Assembly: GCA_963676395.1 (NCBI GenBank)
Contig: OY781066.1
Span: 2,176,001 to 2,240,000 of the forward strand
Length of the DNA: 64,000 bases
Origin: a bacterium
GTDB lineage: Bacteria > Fidelibacterota > Fidelibacteria > Fidelibacterales > Fidelibacteraceae
Reading direction: 5' to 3'
Shown: positions 19,737 to 31,486 of the stretch, one piece after another
How positions within the stretch are numbered: position 1 is the stretch's first letter
Layout: each line of letters begins with the position of its first letter
Translations under genes and position numbers: made by a program
The notes under the pieces: model-generated
The model's input: only the letters and a program-made list of their open reading frames with translations
What the model was told of the DNA's origin: nothing
The model's database searches: none

Positions 19737-21068
19737 TTGGATAGTAGACATCTTATTGAAGCTTTTGCCAACCTGGCTAAAGAAAAAGGTATCAACCGCT
19801 CCGAAGTTGGCGAGATCATCGTCAAAGTATTTGATACTATAATTAAAAAACAATACGGTGAAGTCGATAACTTTGATGTTATTGTAAACCCCGATAAAGG
19901 TGAAATTGAAATTTATCAGGAATTAACCGTTGTTTCAGATGAAGATCTTGACGATGAAGTGATGGAAATTCCTCTATCGGAAGCGGAAAAGCTACCTGAT
20001 GTTGATGATCCTGAAGTTGGCGAGATCATTGTAAAGGTTATTGACCCGAATATTTTTGGTCGTCGTATGATCTCTGCTGCAAAGCAGGTTCTTGGACAAA
20101 AGATCCGCGAAGTTGAACGTAATCAGGTCTTTGAAGAATATCAAAACCGCGTCGGTGAGATTATTATGGGTAATATCCATCAGATACGTCGAAACGATGC
20201 TGTTTATGTTAATATTGATAAAACAGAATTGAAAATGCCTCGTAACGAACAGATACCTACAGAGCATTATCATCGCGGTGATACCATTAAGGCGATTATA
20301 AAAGAAGTACGTATGTCAACTCGTGGTCCGGAAATTATTATTACACGTGCCGACGATTCTTTCTTGCGTAGATTGTTTGAATTGGAAGTTCCTGAGATAT
20401 TTGACAGTATCGTTGAGATACGCTCAATTGCCCGTGTACCGGGTAAACGCTCAAAGATCATTGTGGAATCGAATGATAAACGTATTGATGCTGTGGGCGC
20501 TTGTGTTGGTATTAAGGGATCTCGTATTAAAGCTATTGTGAAAGAGTTGAGCGGTGAAAATATTGATATTATCAATTACAGTTCAGAATCCGAATTGCTT
20601 ATATCTCGTGCGCTTTCACCTGCTAAACCTCTCTTCCTGGAAATAGACGAAGAACGTCGTACCGTTCTTGCCGTATTCGATGATGATGAGATTGCAACAG
20701 CTATCGGATCAAGCGGTATTAACATTAATCTTGCCGGTCGTGTAACCGGATACGAGATCGATGCGATCCGTCAATCGGAATACAACCGCTTTGAAGGTGA
20801 TGATGTTTATATTGAAGATATCGAAGGTATTTCCTCTGCACAGATTCATGCACTTTCTGATGCCGATATTGAAACTGCAGCTGATTTCTTGAATGCCGAT
20901 GCCGGTGATCTTTTAGAGATCAAAGGTATTGGTGAAAAGACATTCGAAAAGATCGAACAGCTTGTTACCGCAGCACTTGAAGAAAAGCGCAGTTCTGATA
21001 ATGAACTTGATATCGATCACAATACTGAAGAAGAAGACACTGAAGCCTCGGAAGAGGCCTCTGAATAA
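19737..21068 (+). CDS. nusA: Transcription termination factor NusA
   Basis: FGRR..AAKQ, S1 and KH domains, LFELEVPEI, DAVGACVG; TTG start with GGAG RBS. Confidence 0.95.
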   Translation: MDSRHLIEAFANLAKEKGINRSEVGEIIVKVFDTIIKKQYGEVDNFDVIVNPDKGEIEIYQELTVVSDEDLDDEVMEIPLSEAEKLPDVDDPEVGEIIVKVIDPNIFGRRMISAAKQVLGQKIREVERNQVFEEYQNRVGEIIMGNIHQIRRNDAVYVNIDKTELKMPRNEQIPTEHYHRGDTIKAIIKEVRMSTRGPEIIITRADDSFLRRLFELEVPEIFDSIVEIRSIARVPGKRSKIIVESNDKRIDAVGACVGIKGSRIKAIVKELSGENIDIINYSSESELLISRALSPAKPLFLEIDEERRTVLAVFDDDEIATAIGSSGININLAGRVTGYEIDAIRQSEYNRFEGDDVYIEDIEGISSAQIHALSDADIETAADFLNADAGDLLEIKGIGEKTFEKIEQLVTAALEEKRSSDNELDIDHNTEEEDTEASEEASE

Positions 21069-21086
21069 ATGAATTAGGAGTCGCGT

Positions 21087-23774
21087 ATGACAGCTTCCGC
21101 TGATAAACCGGTAAAAATATTTCAGCTGGCGAAGCAACTGAATACCTCTCATAGAGATATTATTGAATATCTCAAATCACAGAATATCGAAGCTTCGCTT
21201 AATAAAGCCCTGGAGCCCGAAATTCTTGAGGTAGTGCTGAAGCATTTTGCCGAAGATGTAAAAAAAGCGGATAATTTAATGGTTCAGCGTGAGCAGAAGC
21301 GAATGGCTGAAGAAGACCGCAGAAAAAATCGCGAACAAGAAAAACTTGAAGAAGAAGCTGCTCGCAAAAAGGTTGAGGAAATGGTCCTTGATTCTCTTAA
21401 GGATAAGCCTAAACCACCTCCTGCGCCTCCTGTAACGGTTGTAACAGAAGAATCTGTGACGGAAGAACCGGTTAAAAAATCCGATGTGGTTATTGAGAAG
21501 AAAACGATTCAAAAAGAAAAAGAAATCAAACGTAAAGCCGAAGAAGAAGCTCGTAAGCTTAAAGAACAAAAAGAAGCTCGGCTTAAAGCCGAAAAGGCTG
21601 CCGCCGAAGAGCTGAAAAAAGAAGAAAAGAAAAATCAGAGTAAAGACGGCGATAAAAAGAAGAAAAAAGATAAGAACAAAAAAGGCGTTCAGCAGCCTAA
21701 TCAGCAGCAGACTCAACAACAATTCGAGAATAAACTTGAAAAGTTGAAAGCTCGCCATAAACATGCGACAAAACGTATTCAGGTTTCTGAGATGGAATCC
21801 CGTCTGGATAAATTCCGTCAGTCCAAGAATATTGAAGATCTTGAAACCGGTAACGCAAATCCTGCGGCAAAACGTAAGAGTAAACGAAGAAAACATGTTG
21901 ATCAAGCTGAGGTTAATAAAGCCTTAAAGGCAACACTTGCTTCAATGAGTGATAAGCCTAAAAAGAAAAAATATAAAACCAGCAAGCAAGAAAACGGTGA
22001 AGAGTTCATTGACAGCGGTGTCATTGAGATCACGGAATTTATTTCTGTTGATGAATTGGCAAAACATTTTGATGTAAGCGCTGTTGATATTATCGGTAAA
22101 TGTATGGGACTTGGATTAATGGTAACCATTAATCAACGTCTCGACTGGGATACTATTGAACTGCTTGCCACCGAATATGAGCTTGAAGTAAGTAAACTTA
22201 GCGAATATACCGAAGAAATCATCGAAGAAGAGGAAGAAGAGTACGAAGGCAAACTTTGTGAAAGACCTCCTGTTGTTACCGTTATGGGACACGTTGATCA
22301 TGGTAAGACATCAATTCTTGATTACATCCGAAACGCCCATGTGGTACAGGGTGAATCCGGTGGTATTACTCAGCATATCGGTGCTTATTCGGTAATGACA
22401 ACAGCCGGTAAACGTATTACTTTCCTTGATACACCGGGACACGAAGCTTTTACTGCTATGCGTGCTCGTGGTGCTCAGGCTACCGATATTGTTGTCGTTG
22501 TTGTTGCGGCCGACGATGGTGTAATGCCTCAGACAAAAGAAGCCATAAACCATGCTCAAGCTGCGGGTGTTCCGATGATCATTGCCATCAATAAGATGGA
22601 TAAACCGGATATTGATCCCGATAGAGTTATTCGCGAACTATCTGAAAATAATGTTTTGGTCGAAGATTGGGGCGGTGCTATTCAAAGTGTCCGCGTATCG
22701 GCCAAAAGCGGCTTAAATATGGATGCTTTGCTTGAAGCTATTTTGCTTGAAGCGGAAGTTCTGGAATTAAAATCATCACCTGAAGGTAAGGCACGTGGTG
22801 TCGTTATCGAATCTCAGCTTGATAAGGGTTTGGGAGCTATTGCAACCGTATTGATCAATCGTGGTACCGTTAAGGTGGGTGATCCCTTTATTTGTGGTCG
22901 CTTTGCCGGTAAAGTTCGCTCTATGATGAATGAATATGCCGATAGATTGCAAGAAGCAAAGCCTGCTGATCCTGTTCAGATCCAGGGGTTTGATTCCGTA
23001 CCGCAAGCGGGTGACCAATTTATCGTTATGAACGATGAAAAAGAAGCTCGCCGCATTGCCAATGAACGACAAATTATTCACCGTGAGCAAGAGTTTAGAG
23101 CTCAGTCGCTGCAAACATTGGATGAGATAGGACGTCAGATCGCTGAAGGTCGTACCCGTGAACTTGCTTTAGTTATTAAGGGTGATGTAGACGGTTCGAT
23201 CGAAGCTTTGGCTGATTCATTTATGAAGCTATCGACCAAAGAAGTTGCAGTTAAGGTTATTCACCGGGGTATAGGTATGATCAACGAAGGTGATATCAAC
23301 CTTGCATCTGCATCGAATGCGGTTATTATCGGATTTCATGTAAATGCTACTTCACAAGCTTTGGAAGTCGCTAAAGACCGGAGTGTTGAGATCCGTAATT
23401 ACACGGTTATTTATGATGCGGTTGAAGATGTAAGACTGGCACTCGAAGGTTTACTTGAACCTGACAAAGTCGTAGAAGTTCTCGGTTCAGCCGAAGTGCG
23501 TCAGTTGATTAAAATCTCAAAAGTCGGTGTGATTGCCGGTTCTATCGTGAACAGTGGTATCATGAAAAGAAATACGACCATTCGTATTTTGCGTAGCGGT
23601 GAAGAAGTATTTAAAGGCTATTTGAGCTCAATAAAACGTTTTAAAGATGATGTTAAAGAAGTGAAAGAAGGTTTTGAATGTGGTATCTACATTGATTCTT
23701 TCACAGATTTTAAAGAAGGCGATATTATCGAAAGCTACCAGGAAAAAGCCGTTAAGAGGAAACTGGAGGTTTGA
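21087..23774 (+). CDS. infB: Translation initiation factor IF-2
   Basis: RPPVVTVMGHVDHGKT, DTPGHEAF, NKMD. Confidence 0.97.
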   Translation: MTASADKPVKIFQLAKQLNTSHRDIIEYLKSQNIEASLNKALEPEILEVVLKHFAEDVKKADNLMVQREQKRMAEEDRRKNREQEKLEEEAARKKVEEMVLDSLKDKPKPPPAPPVTVVTEESVTEEPVKKSDVVIEKKTIQKEKEIKRKAEEEARKLKEQKEARLKAEKAAAEELKKEEKKNQSKDGDKKKKKDKNKKGVQQPNQQQTQQQFENKLEKLKARHKHATKRIQVSEMESRLDKFRQSKNIEDLETGNANPAAKRKSKRRKHVDQAEVNKALKATLASMSDKPKKKKYKTSKQENGEEFIDSGVIEITEFISVDELAKHFDVSAVDIIGKCMGLGLMVTINQRLDWDTIELLATEYELEVSKLSEYTEEIIEEEEEEYEGKLCERPPVVTVMGHVDHGKTSILDYIRNAHVVQGESGGITQHIGAYSVMTTAGKRITFLDTPGHEAFTAMRARGAQATDIVVVVVAADDGVMPQTKEAINHAQAAGVPMIIAINKMDKPDIDPDRVIRELSENNVLVEDWGGAIQSVRVSAKSGLNMDALLEAILLEAEVLELKSSPEGKARGVVIESQLDKGLGAIATVLINRGTVKVGDPFICGRFAGKVRSMMNEYADRLQEAKPADPVQIQGFDSVPQAGDQFIVMNDEKEARRIANERQIIHREQEFRAQSLQTLDEIGRQIAEGRTRELALVIKGDVDGSIEALADSFMKLSTKEVAVKVIHRGIGMINEGDINLASASNAVIIGFHVNATSQALEVAKDRSVEIRNYTVIYDAVEDVRLALEGLLEPDKVVEVLGSAEVRQLIKISKVGVIAGSIVNSGIMKRNTTIRILRSGEEVFKGYLSSIKRFKDDVKEVKEGFECGIYIDSFTDFKEGDIIESYQEKAVKRKLEV

Positions 23775-24112
23775 TGATATCAAGAGCGGATAGATTAGCA
23801 CGAGAGATCAGATACGCCGTAGGCGATATGCTGATCCATTCGGCTCCCGAAGAATGTAAGGGTGTCATGCTAACCGTTTCCAGAGTTGAATTGACTCAGG
23901 ATTTAAAAGAAGCGCGTATTTTTGTTTCGGTATATCCACCGGATGAAGCTGTACGTAAGCGCTGTCTTTCCGCTTTGATCGCAAATAAAGGTCGTATCAG
24001 ATTAGAGATCGGGAATAAGGTCATTATGAGATACGTACCAAAAATTAGACTGTTCATTGACGATAGTTTGGACAATGTTGAAACCATTAACACATTATTG
24101 CAAGAGATCTGA
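23774..24112 (+). CDS. rbfA: Ribosome-binding factor A
   Basis: RADRL, VELTQDLKEARIFVS, MRYVPKIRLFID; position after infB. Confidence 0.9.
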   Translation: MISRADRLAREIRYAVGDMLIHSAPEECKGVMLTVSRVELTQDLKEARIFVSVYPPDEAVRKRCLSALIANKGRIRLEIGNKVIMRYVPKIRLFIDDSLDNVETINTLLQEI

Positions 24113-24797
24113 GGATGGAACGATCGCAGGTATGACCCTGCCCGTTCATAAACCCATTGATTGGACATCCTTTGATGTTGTAAATAAATTAAGATATGTG
24201 ACCGGCTTTAAGAAAGTTGGCCACGCCGGTACTTTGGACCCCTTCGCCGAAGGAGTGCTGATCCTTGGCTTTGGCAAGCACACTAAGTTGCTTGATGAAC
24301 ATAAAGGGAAATCGAAGGTATACCGGGTTGACATCGAGCTTGGAAAAGAGACCGATACTCTGGATAGGGAAGGTCAGGTTGTGAAAAGCTGTGAGCTCAC
24401 ATCGCCACCGAGTTTAGAAGACATTCATGCCGTTCTTGAAAAGTTCAAGGGTGATATCACCCAAATACCGCCGATGTTCTCGGCTAAGAAAGTCAAGGGG
24501 AAACGCTTGTACAAAATGGCGAGAGAAGGCAAGATCATTGAAAGAGACCCTATTAAGGTCAATATAGCAAATTTGGAGATCATTGAATATGACGCTCCCA
24601 TATTGAGCTTAAGGGTAGAATGCAGTACAGGAACCTATATTCGTACTTTGGCCGCTGATATCGGAAAAGAATTAGGATGCGGAGCATATGCTTTAAATCT
24701 TGTTCGGGAACGTGTCGGTGAATTTACCTTGGACGAATCATATAGTGTAGAGGCTTTTATTGAAGCATGGACATCATTAGAAAGCTCGAAGACTTAA
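24075..24797 (+). CDS. truB: tRNA pseudouridine(55) synthase (start uncertain, 24057-24132)
   Basis: KPIDWTSFDVV, KVGHAGTLDP, QIPPMFSA, CSTGTYIR. Confidence 0.93.
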   Translation: MLKPLTHYCKRSEDGTIAGMTLPVHKPIDWTSFDVVNKLRYVTGFKKVGHAGTLDPFAEGVLILGFGKHTKLLDEHKGKSKVYRVDIELGKETDTLDREGQVVKSCELTSPPSLEDIHAVLEKFKGDITQIPPMFSAKKVKGKRLYKMAREGKIIERDPIKVNIANLEIIEYDAPILSLRVECSTGTYIRTLAADIGKELGCGAYALNLVRERVGEFTLDESYSVEAFIEAWTSLESSKT

Positions 24798-25702
24798 AAG
24801 ACAGACCGGCGGTTACGTTGGCAATAGGTTCATTTGATGGACTGCATATAGGACATCGAAAGATTCTTGAAACTGTTCGTACTGAAGCCAAAGAACTTGG
24901 TGTAAAAAGCATGATAATGACCTTCGCGCCAACACCAAGAGAGGTATTCAGTCGACAAAAAGAGATCGCATTGATGAAACCTAAGGAAAAAATCGATGCA
25001 ATAAAGGCATTGGGAATTGATATTGTTTCTTTGAAGCACTTCGACCTGGAATTTGCCTCTATACAACCGGATGATTTCCTGAAACGCTTATTGACATTTC
25101 TTGACTTGAAGGTTTTAGTTGCCGGTCCCGACCATTCTATCGGTAAAAAAGAAGAAGGCGGACTGGATTATCTAAAGAAAGCTGCCGATGAGCATGGCTT
25201 TAAACTTGTTGTCGTACCGAAAACACGCTACAAGAATGAAGACATATCATCTCAGTTGATCAGAAAAACTTTGAAAATGGGCAAAATTGATGATGTTATC
25301 GCCATGATGGGCTCCGAATATCGCATTTCGGGAACGATTGTTCCCGGACAGCAACGTGGCAGAACCATGGGGTTCCCGACATTGAATATTGAACCGGATA
25401 TGGTAAATTGTCTTATGCCGGCTTTCGGTGTTTATTGTGTGAGAGTTCGTTTGGATGAAGAAGATCTTCAGGGTATATGCAATATCGGGATAAGGCCTAC
25501 TTTTATAGAAAATAATCTTTCTATGGAAGTGCATGTGCTGAATAAGGATCTCGATCACCAATATGGTAAGCATGTGGAAATATATTTTAAGCACTTTGTT
25601 CGTAAAGAGCAAAAATTTGACACTAAGGAAGCTCTTATAGAGCAAATAAGTAAAGATATTAATGAATGTAAAATATTGACGGAGGAAAAATGTCAACATT
25701 AA
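24767..25702 (+). CDS. ribF: Bifunctional riboflavin kinase / FAD synthetase
   Basis: [32 protein letters not shown]. Confidence 0.93.
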   Translation: MDIIRKLEDLKDRPAVTLAIGSFDGLHIGHRKILETVRTEAKELGVKSMIMTFAPTPREVFSRQKEIALMKPKEKIDAIKALGIDIVSLKHFDLEFASIQPDDFLKRLLTFLDLKVLVAGPDHSIGKKEEGGLDYLKKAADEHGFKLVVVPKTRYKNEDISSQLIRKTLKMGKIDDVIAMMGSEYRISGTIVPGQQRGRTMGFPTLNIEPDMVNCLMPAFGVYCVRVRLDEEDLQGICNIGIRPTFIENNLSMEVHVLNKDLDHQYGKHVEIYFKHFVRKEQKFDTKEALIEQISKDINECKILTEEKCQH

Positions 25703-25962
25703 CTAAAGATCAAATCACTGAAATTGTAAAGAAATTTGGAAAAGATGAAAAAGATACCGGTTCACCTGAAGTTCAGGTTGCACTTTTAACACAACGTATT
25801 AAAGACCTGACTGAACATGTAAAATTACACAAAAAAGATCACCACAACCGTCGCGGTCTTTTAAAACTCGTTGGACAGCGTACACGTTTATTGCGCTACA
25901 TCAAAGCCAACGATTACAACCGTTATCTTTCACTGATCAAAGAATTAGGATTGAGAAAATAA
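25690..25962 (+). CDS. rpsO: 30S ribosomal protein S15
   Basis: [28 protein letters not shown]. Confidence 0.97.
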   Translation: MSTLTKDQITEIVKKFGKDEKDTGSPEVQVALLTQRIKDLTEHVKLHKKDHHNRRGLLKLVGQRTRLLRYIKANDYNRYLSLIKELGLRK

Positions 25963-26007
25963 CATAAAAGAGACAGCAGGAAGGTAGTTGCTGTCGAGGA
26001 GAAAACT

Positions 26008-28176
26008 TTGATTACAAAAGAAAAAACTATCGCCGGTAAGCTGGTACAACTCGAAACGGGGCGTATGGCTAAACAGGCGGATGGTGCCGTTATCGCAAGA
26101 CTTGGCGACACCATGGTACTGGCGACTGTCGTGTCCAGTAAAGACATGCGTGAAGGCACCGATTTCGTTCCATTGTCAGTAGAATTTCGTGAAAAATTCT
26201 ATGCAAGTGGTAAGATCCCCGGTGGTTTTTTACGTCGTGAAGGTCGTTTGTCCGATCGCGAAATTCTCAGCTCGAGAATTATCGATCGTCAGATCCGCCC
26301 TTTACTTCCCAAGAACTGGTATTATGAAACACAAGTTATCGTCAATGTATTATCATATGATGGTGAACATCAAGCCGATATGATAGGTGCTGTAGCCGCT
26401 TCTGCAGCTTTAAGTATTTCCAATATTCCTTTTGAAGGACCTATCGCATCAGCACGAACAGCTCGCATTGATGGCGAATACGTTATTGATCCACTCTATT
26501 CACAGTTTGAAGAAAGTGATATTGAGATTGTTGTTGCCGGTTCAAAAGACAATATAGTTATGGTTGAAGGCGAAGCCAAAGAAGTATCGGAAGATGAATT
26601 TTTGGGTGCTGTTGAAGCTGCGCATGGAGCAATTAAAGAACTGATCGAATTACAGGAAGAACTGATCGCAGAGATCAATCCGGTAAAACGTGAAGCTCCT
26701 GCAGTGGAAGAGGATGAAGAATTTAAAGCCAAGGTCGTTGAGATGGTTGGCAAAAAAATGGATAAGATCCTCGCCATTACAATGAAACAGGAGAGAGCAG
26801 CTGCCGAAGACGAATTGGTCGCCGGTATCATTGAAGCTCTCGAAGAAGAATATCCCGAATGTGAAAAAGATGTCAAAGGCATCGTTCATGATATTCATAA
26901 AGAAGAGATCCGTAAAAAGATCCTTAAGAAAAAAGTCCGTGTAGACGGCCGTAAAACAAATGAGATTCGTAAAATCACTGCTGAAGCTTCCATCTTGCCA
27001 CGTACACATGGTTCTGCCTTATTTACCCGTGGTGAAACTCAAGCTTTGGTTACTACGACTCTAGGCTCTTCACGTGATGCACAGTTATTGGATAGTATTG
27101 ATGGTAATGAAGATAAAGTCTACATGCTTCAATATAACTTTCCACCATTTTCAACCGGTGAAGCACGTATGATCCGTGGCGTTTCCCGTCGCGAAGTTGG
27201 TCATGGTAACTTAGCCGAACGTTCATTGAAACCCGTTCTTCCGTCAGCAGAAGACTTCCCTTATACCATTCGTGTGGTTTCGGATATTTTGGAATCAAAC
27301 GGTTCCTCATCTATGGCCTCGGTATGTGGTGGTTGTTTGTCTCTGATGGATGCAGGTGTTCCTTTGAAGAAAATGGTATCGGGTATTGCTATGGGGTTGA
27401 TCACTGACGGTGACAAGTTCGCAGTACTTTCTGATATTCTTGGTGAAGAAGATCATTATGGTGATATGGACTTCAAAGTAACCGGTACCGAAGACGGTAT
27501 TACGGCTATTCAAATGGATCTTAAGATTGATGGTTTATCATTTGATCTTATGAAAACCGCTTTACAGCAGGCTAAAGAAGGTCGCCTCCATATTCTTGGT
27601 GAAATGAGAAAAGGTTTGGACGCACCCAGAACAGAACTCAGTAAATGGGCTCCTCGCATGAGTTCAATGAAAATCGACACCGAAAAGATCGGTGCGGTGA
27701 TTGGACCGGGCGGTAAGGTTATTAAAGAGATCATTGCTGAAACAGGTGTTGAAATGGACATCGATCAAGACGGTACAGTTAAGATCTTTACCATGGATGC
27801 TGCCGCTGCTGAAGCCGCTGAAAACTGGGTTAAATCACTTGTAGCTGAACCTGAAGTGGGCAAGATTTACGATGCAAAAGTAACTCGTCTTATGGACTTC
27901 GGAGCTTTTGTTGAATTTATGCCCGGTAAAGAAGGTTTGGTTCATATCTCTGAAATGGCTTGGGAAAGAACCAATGCTGTGACAGATGTTGTTAAATTAA
28001 ATGATGCGGTTAAGGTTAAATTGTTCGAAGTTGATAGTCAAGGTCGTGTGAACTTGAGTATGAAACGCACAACAGAACCTCCCGAAGGATATGTTGAACC
28101 CGAACGTAAACCACGTCCTCCGAGAAAGAACGGAAACAGCAATTCACGCGGTGGCCGCAACAATAACCGTAACTAA
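26008..28176 (+). CDS. pnp: Polyribonucleotide nucleotidyltransferase
   Basis: Two RNase PH domains, RREVGHG, ESNGSSSMAS, DMDFKV, KH and S1 domains. Confidence 0.97.
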   Translation: MITKEKTIAGKLVQLETGRMAKQADGAVIARLGDTMVLATVVSSKDMREGTDFVPLSVEFREKFYASGKIPGGFLRREGRLSDREILSSRIIDRQIRPLLPKNWYYETQVIVNVLSYDGEHQADMIGAVAASAALSISNIPFEGPIASARTARIDGEYVIDPLYSQFEESDIEIVVAGSKDNIVMVEGEAKEVSEDEFLGAVEAAHGAIKELIELQEELIAEINPVKREAPAVEEDEEFKAKVVEMVGKKMDKILAITMKQERAAAEDELVAGIIEALEEEYPECEKDVKGIVHDIHKEEIRKKILKKKVRVDGRKTNEIRKITAEASILPRTHGSALFTRGETQALVTTTLGSSRDAQLLDSIDGNEDKVYMLQYNFPPFSTGEARMIRGVSRREVGHGNLAERSLKPVLPSAEDFPYTIRVVSDILESNGSSSMASVCGGCLSLMDAGVPLKKMVSGIAMGLITDGDKFAVLSDILGEEDHYGDMDFKVTGTEDGITAIQMDLKIDGLSFDLMKTALQQAKEGRLHILGEMRKGLDAPRTELSKWAPRMSSMKIDTEKIGAVIGPGGKVIKEIIAETGVEMDIDQDGTVKIFTMDAAAAEAAENWVKSLVAEPEVGKIYDAKVTRLMDFGAFVEFMPGKEGLVHISEMAWERTNAVTDVVKLNDAVKVKLFEVDSQGRVNLSMKRTTEPPEGYVEPERKPRPPRKNGNSNSRGGRNNNRN

Positions 28177-29414
28177 TGCAATTACCCTATAATAAAAGCA
28201 TATTAGAAAACGGAATAACAGTACTGACCCGATCGGTCGAATCTCTTCGATCGGTCGCGGTCGGTATCTTTATTCAAGCGGGTTCTTCAGACGAAACATC
28301 CTCTAATAACGGTATTGCTCATTTTTTAGAGCATATGTCCTTTAAACGTACTCAAAAGCGTGATGCATATGATATTGTAGAGGATATAGAATCAAAAGGT
28401 GGTCATGTAAATGCCTATACCTCAAGAGAAATGACGGCTTATTATGCCCGAGTGCTTGATACAGAGGTGACTACTGCACTTGATGTACTGGCCGATATTG
28501 TAATAAATTCTACATATCCAAAAGATGAGATCAAACGTGAAAGATCTGTTGTGATTGAAGAGATTCGTGATTCTCTGGATACGCCTCAGGATATCGCAAA
28601 TGATGCTTTTATGAAACAGATGTTTCCCGATCATCCCTACGGATATCCTATTATGGGATCTGTTGATACCGTTTCGAGCTTTGATTATGATGTAATTCGT
28701 GATTTTGTCGATAATCAATACGTGCCCGAAAGGATTACGATCGTAGCTGTTGGAGCCGTTGATCACGAATCAGTCCTTAGCAAAGTTAAAACCGATATGG
28801 GTGATATACCTGTTAGCGGAAAAAAACCTAAGGACTATGCTTTAAGTGATCCTGTTGAAAAGGATATTTCCATAACGCGCGATATCGCCCAAACTCATAT
28901 GATCATAGGACGCCGTTCTTATCCGTATACAGACGATCGTCGTATGGCCTATGCTATCTTGAATTCAATTCTTTCTGCAGGCATGACCTCGAGATTGTTT
29001 CACAATATTCGTGAAAAATATGGGTTTGCCTATACCATCTATTCATTTATTGATGCATTTAAATATTCCGGCTTGTTTGGAGTTTACGTTGCTACGGACC
29101 TGAAGCATGTAAATATGTTGCAGGATCTGATTTGGAAAGAGTTTAATAAACTCAAGAATGAAGGTATTTCAAAGGCGGAGCTGGATAAAGTAAAAGCCCA
29201 GAGCAAAGGTTCATTGGTCATGGGACTTGAGAGTATGTACCATCAAATGGAAAGAATGATCCAGCAACATGCCCGCTATGGTAGAATCGTCAGTATTGAT
29301 GAATCACTCAAAAAAATTGAAAGTGTTACCCCCGAGGATATTCAATCTTTGGCAAATGATCTTTTTGATGAAAGTACATTTCATCGCCTTTTATTAAAAC
29401 CTAATGGTAAATAG
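28176..29414 (+). CDS. M16 family zinc peptidase
   Basis: HFLEH inverted zinc motif, NAYTS; usual position after pnp. Confidence 0.9.
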   Translation: MQLPYNKSILENGITVLTRSVESLRSVAVGIFIQAGSSDETSSNNGIAHFLEHMSFKRTQKRDAYDIVEDIESKGGHVNAYTSREMTAYYARVLDTEVTTALDVLADIVINSTYPKDEIKRERSVVIEEIRDSLDTPQDIANDAFMKQMFPDHPYGYPIMGSVDTVSSFDYDVIRDFVDNQYVPERITIVAVGAVDHESVLSKVKTDMGDIPVSGKKPKDYALSDPVEKDISITRDIAQTHMIIGRRSYPYTDDRRMAYAILNSILSAGMTSRLFHNIREKYGFAYTIYSFIDAFKYSGLFGVYVATDLKHVNMLQDLIWKEFNKLKNEGISKAELDKVKAQSKGSLVMGLESMYHQMERMIQQHARYGRIVSIDESLKKIESVTPEDIQSLANDLFDESTFHRLLLKPNGK

Positions 29415-30176
29415 ATGACTTACCCGATTCTTGCTTACCACAAGATATCGCAGCAATGGGAACTTTCCTTTACTATGCTGTATCCATGCCAGTTTGAGCG
29501 CCAGATGCGCTATTTGGCTAAAAAGGGCTATATAGGTAAGAGTCTGAAAGAATTTCTAATGGATCCTCAGGATAATTATTTTATTCTCACATTTGATGAT
29601 GCATATGAAAATGTCTACGAAAATGCTTTCCCTCTACTGAATGAACTTGATTATACGGCAACTGTGTTTGCTTTAAGTAATTTTATCGGGAAAGAAAATA
29701 CTTGGGATCTTATTCCCGGAAATATTTATTCAAGGCATATGAATGCTGAACAATTAGGTGAACTATGTAAAAACGGCTGGGAAATTGCTTCGCATGGCAG
29801 AGATCATTTAGATATGACAAAGATGGATCCCGGTGAACTTGTTCTTGATCTGAAAGAATCAAAAGAAATATTGGAAAAGATAACAGGGGAGAAGGTCGAT
29901 ACATTTTGCTTTCCTTACGGGAAATATGATACAGCAGTAGTTGAAGCTGCAAAGGCTGAAGGATATAAGCATCTTGTCGGTTACACAGAAAGATCACGCC
30001 TGGGAGTGATTAAGCGTTCCTCTGTTTATAGAGTGGTTGATAACAAATATTCTGTTCTTAGAAAAATTAAATTAAAGCCACTTGGAATGTTTTTTGAACA
30101 TATAAAAGAAGCATTCTTTCATTCCTTTGCTTTGTTTGCAAGATTAAAGCAGAAGTTGGTAGATAGAAGCCGGTAG
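29415..30176 (+). CDS. Polysaccharide deacetylase family protein
   Basis: ILAYH, TFDDAY, EIASHGRDH, FCFPYG. Confidence 0.85.
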   Translation: MTYPILAYHKISQQWELSFTMLYPCQFERQMRYLAKKGYIGKSLKEFLMDPQDNYFILTFDDAYENVYENAFPLLNELDYTATVFALSNFIGKENTWDLIPGNIYSRHMNAEQLGELCKNGWEIASHGRDHLDMTKMDPGELVLDLKESKEILEKITGEKVDTFCFPYGKYDTAVVEAAKAEGYKHLVGYTERSRLGVIKRSSVYRVVDNKYSVLRKIKLKPLGMFFEHIKEAFFHSFALFARLKQKLVDRSR

Positions 30177-30405
30177 CCAATAGCCAGAGATAGTTAAGCT
30201 GTTGGTAAAAGAAGAAAATTGCTCATCATTTTTGATAGAGATAATACATCGATTTAGCTTCAACTTTCATGGAATAATCAAGATATATTAAACATTATTG
30301 TGCCAAATATTCATGCAAGCTTTACGTTAAATATGTTAAAAAATATACTTGATTATTAGCTACTTAAGGCAGTAACTTTAAGTAATTAAAAATTGGGTTT
30401 GGCAT

Positions 30406-31176
30406 ATGAAGTACAAAGGTATAAAAAAACTTTATTATTCTATCTCGGAAATATCAGATAAATTAGGAATTAAACCCTCTGTCATTCGATATTGGGAAAC
30501 AGAATTCAAGGATTTAAGTCCTCAGAAAAACAGGGCGGGAAATAGGATCTACAAAGAAGATGATATTGATACTATCCGTTTGATCCATCATTATGTCCAT
30601 GAAAAACATCTATCAATTCATGATGCCAATGAATTGATTCAGGACCTAAAAAAAGAGCATTTATATAAACGAAAAGTAAAAGAATTAAGTACAATTGTTC
30701 CGGAACCAATGACAGAAGAGACATCCGATCCTGAAATTGAAGAAGACATTATTGAAACACCCCCAGAACCAGAAGTGATCAAGGAAGAAACAGTGAAACA
30801 TGATTTACCTTTCGATGAAGGTTTTAAAATTATATCTAAAGACGAAAAGCTTATTTCAAAGCTCGAGCCTTTTGTAGAAGTTGTCAATGAAGAAGAATTC
30901 AAGGACGAAAAAACCGAACCTGTTTTTCAGACAGACCTTGAATTTGAGATTGTTTCTCCTACAAAAGAAACATTTATTTATCCTCTGGATGAAAAGGTAG
31001 ATGAGGAAGACGATATTGAGGAAACCGACAATGGAAGTATCAGTTTGGATACAACTCCTGAGCTACCAGCGCAACCCGATCCAGTAACTCAGATGACCAC
31101 CGATCCCGAAGTAAAAGAATTGCTCAAGAAGATCGCTGGAAATATCAATGATATCATTGGAATATTGAATGAGTAA
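30406..31176 (+). CDS. MerR-family HTH regulator with long acidic C-terminal extension
   Basis: KLYYSISE...VIRYWETEF..L.PQKNRAGNRIY; followed by tRNA-Pro(GGG). Confidence 0.8.
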   Translation: MKYKGIKKLYYSISEISDKLGIKPSVIRYWETEFKDLSPQKNRAGNRIYKEDDIDTIRLIHHYVHEKHLSIHDANELIQDLKKEHLYKRKVKELSTIVPEPMTEETSDPEIEEDIIETPPEPEVIKEETVKHDLPFDEGFKIISKDEKLISKLEPFVEVVNEEEFKDEKTEPVFQTDLEFEIVSPTKETFIYPLDEKVDEEDDIEETDNGSISLDTTPELPAQPDPVTQMTTDPEVKELLKKIAGNINDIIGILNE

Positions 31177-31486
31177 GATATAAAAAGTTACTCGTTACTC
31201 GTAGTTCCTTAGGCAATGCTTGAGGAAATTAAAACAGCACATTATCGCATTTAAACTACCATAATAGATTTCTTGTTTTCGGGATAATCCTTTATATAAT
31301 CATATATCTTTTCAGCAAGGTCAATGCATACCTTCCATACATCTGAATTGTGCTAAGTTTTAGTATCCCTATTAGATCATGTGTTATAAGTTTTGCGTTA
31401 TTCATGGTTTTTAGGATTCTAAAATTATGGGTTAAGATAAGATATGAGCCATGAGCTACGTTTCTACTGGTAATCTAAATAACTTG

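Noticed and set aside
21276..21905. 209-aa hydrophobic antisense ORF
   Set aside because: Shadow of the Lys/Glu-rich IF-2 N-terminus; the other antisense ORFs within core genes were rejected likewise.
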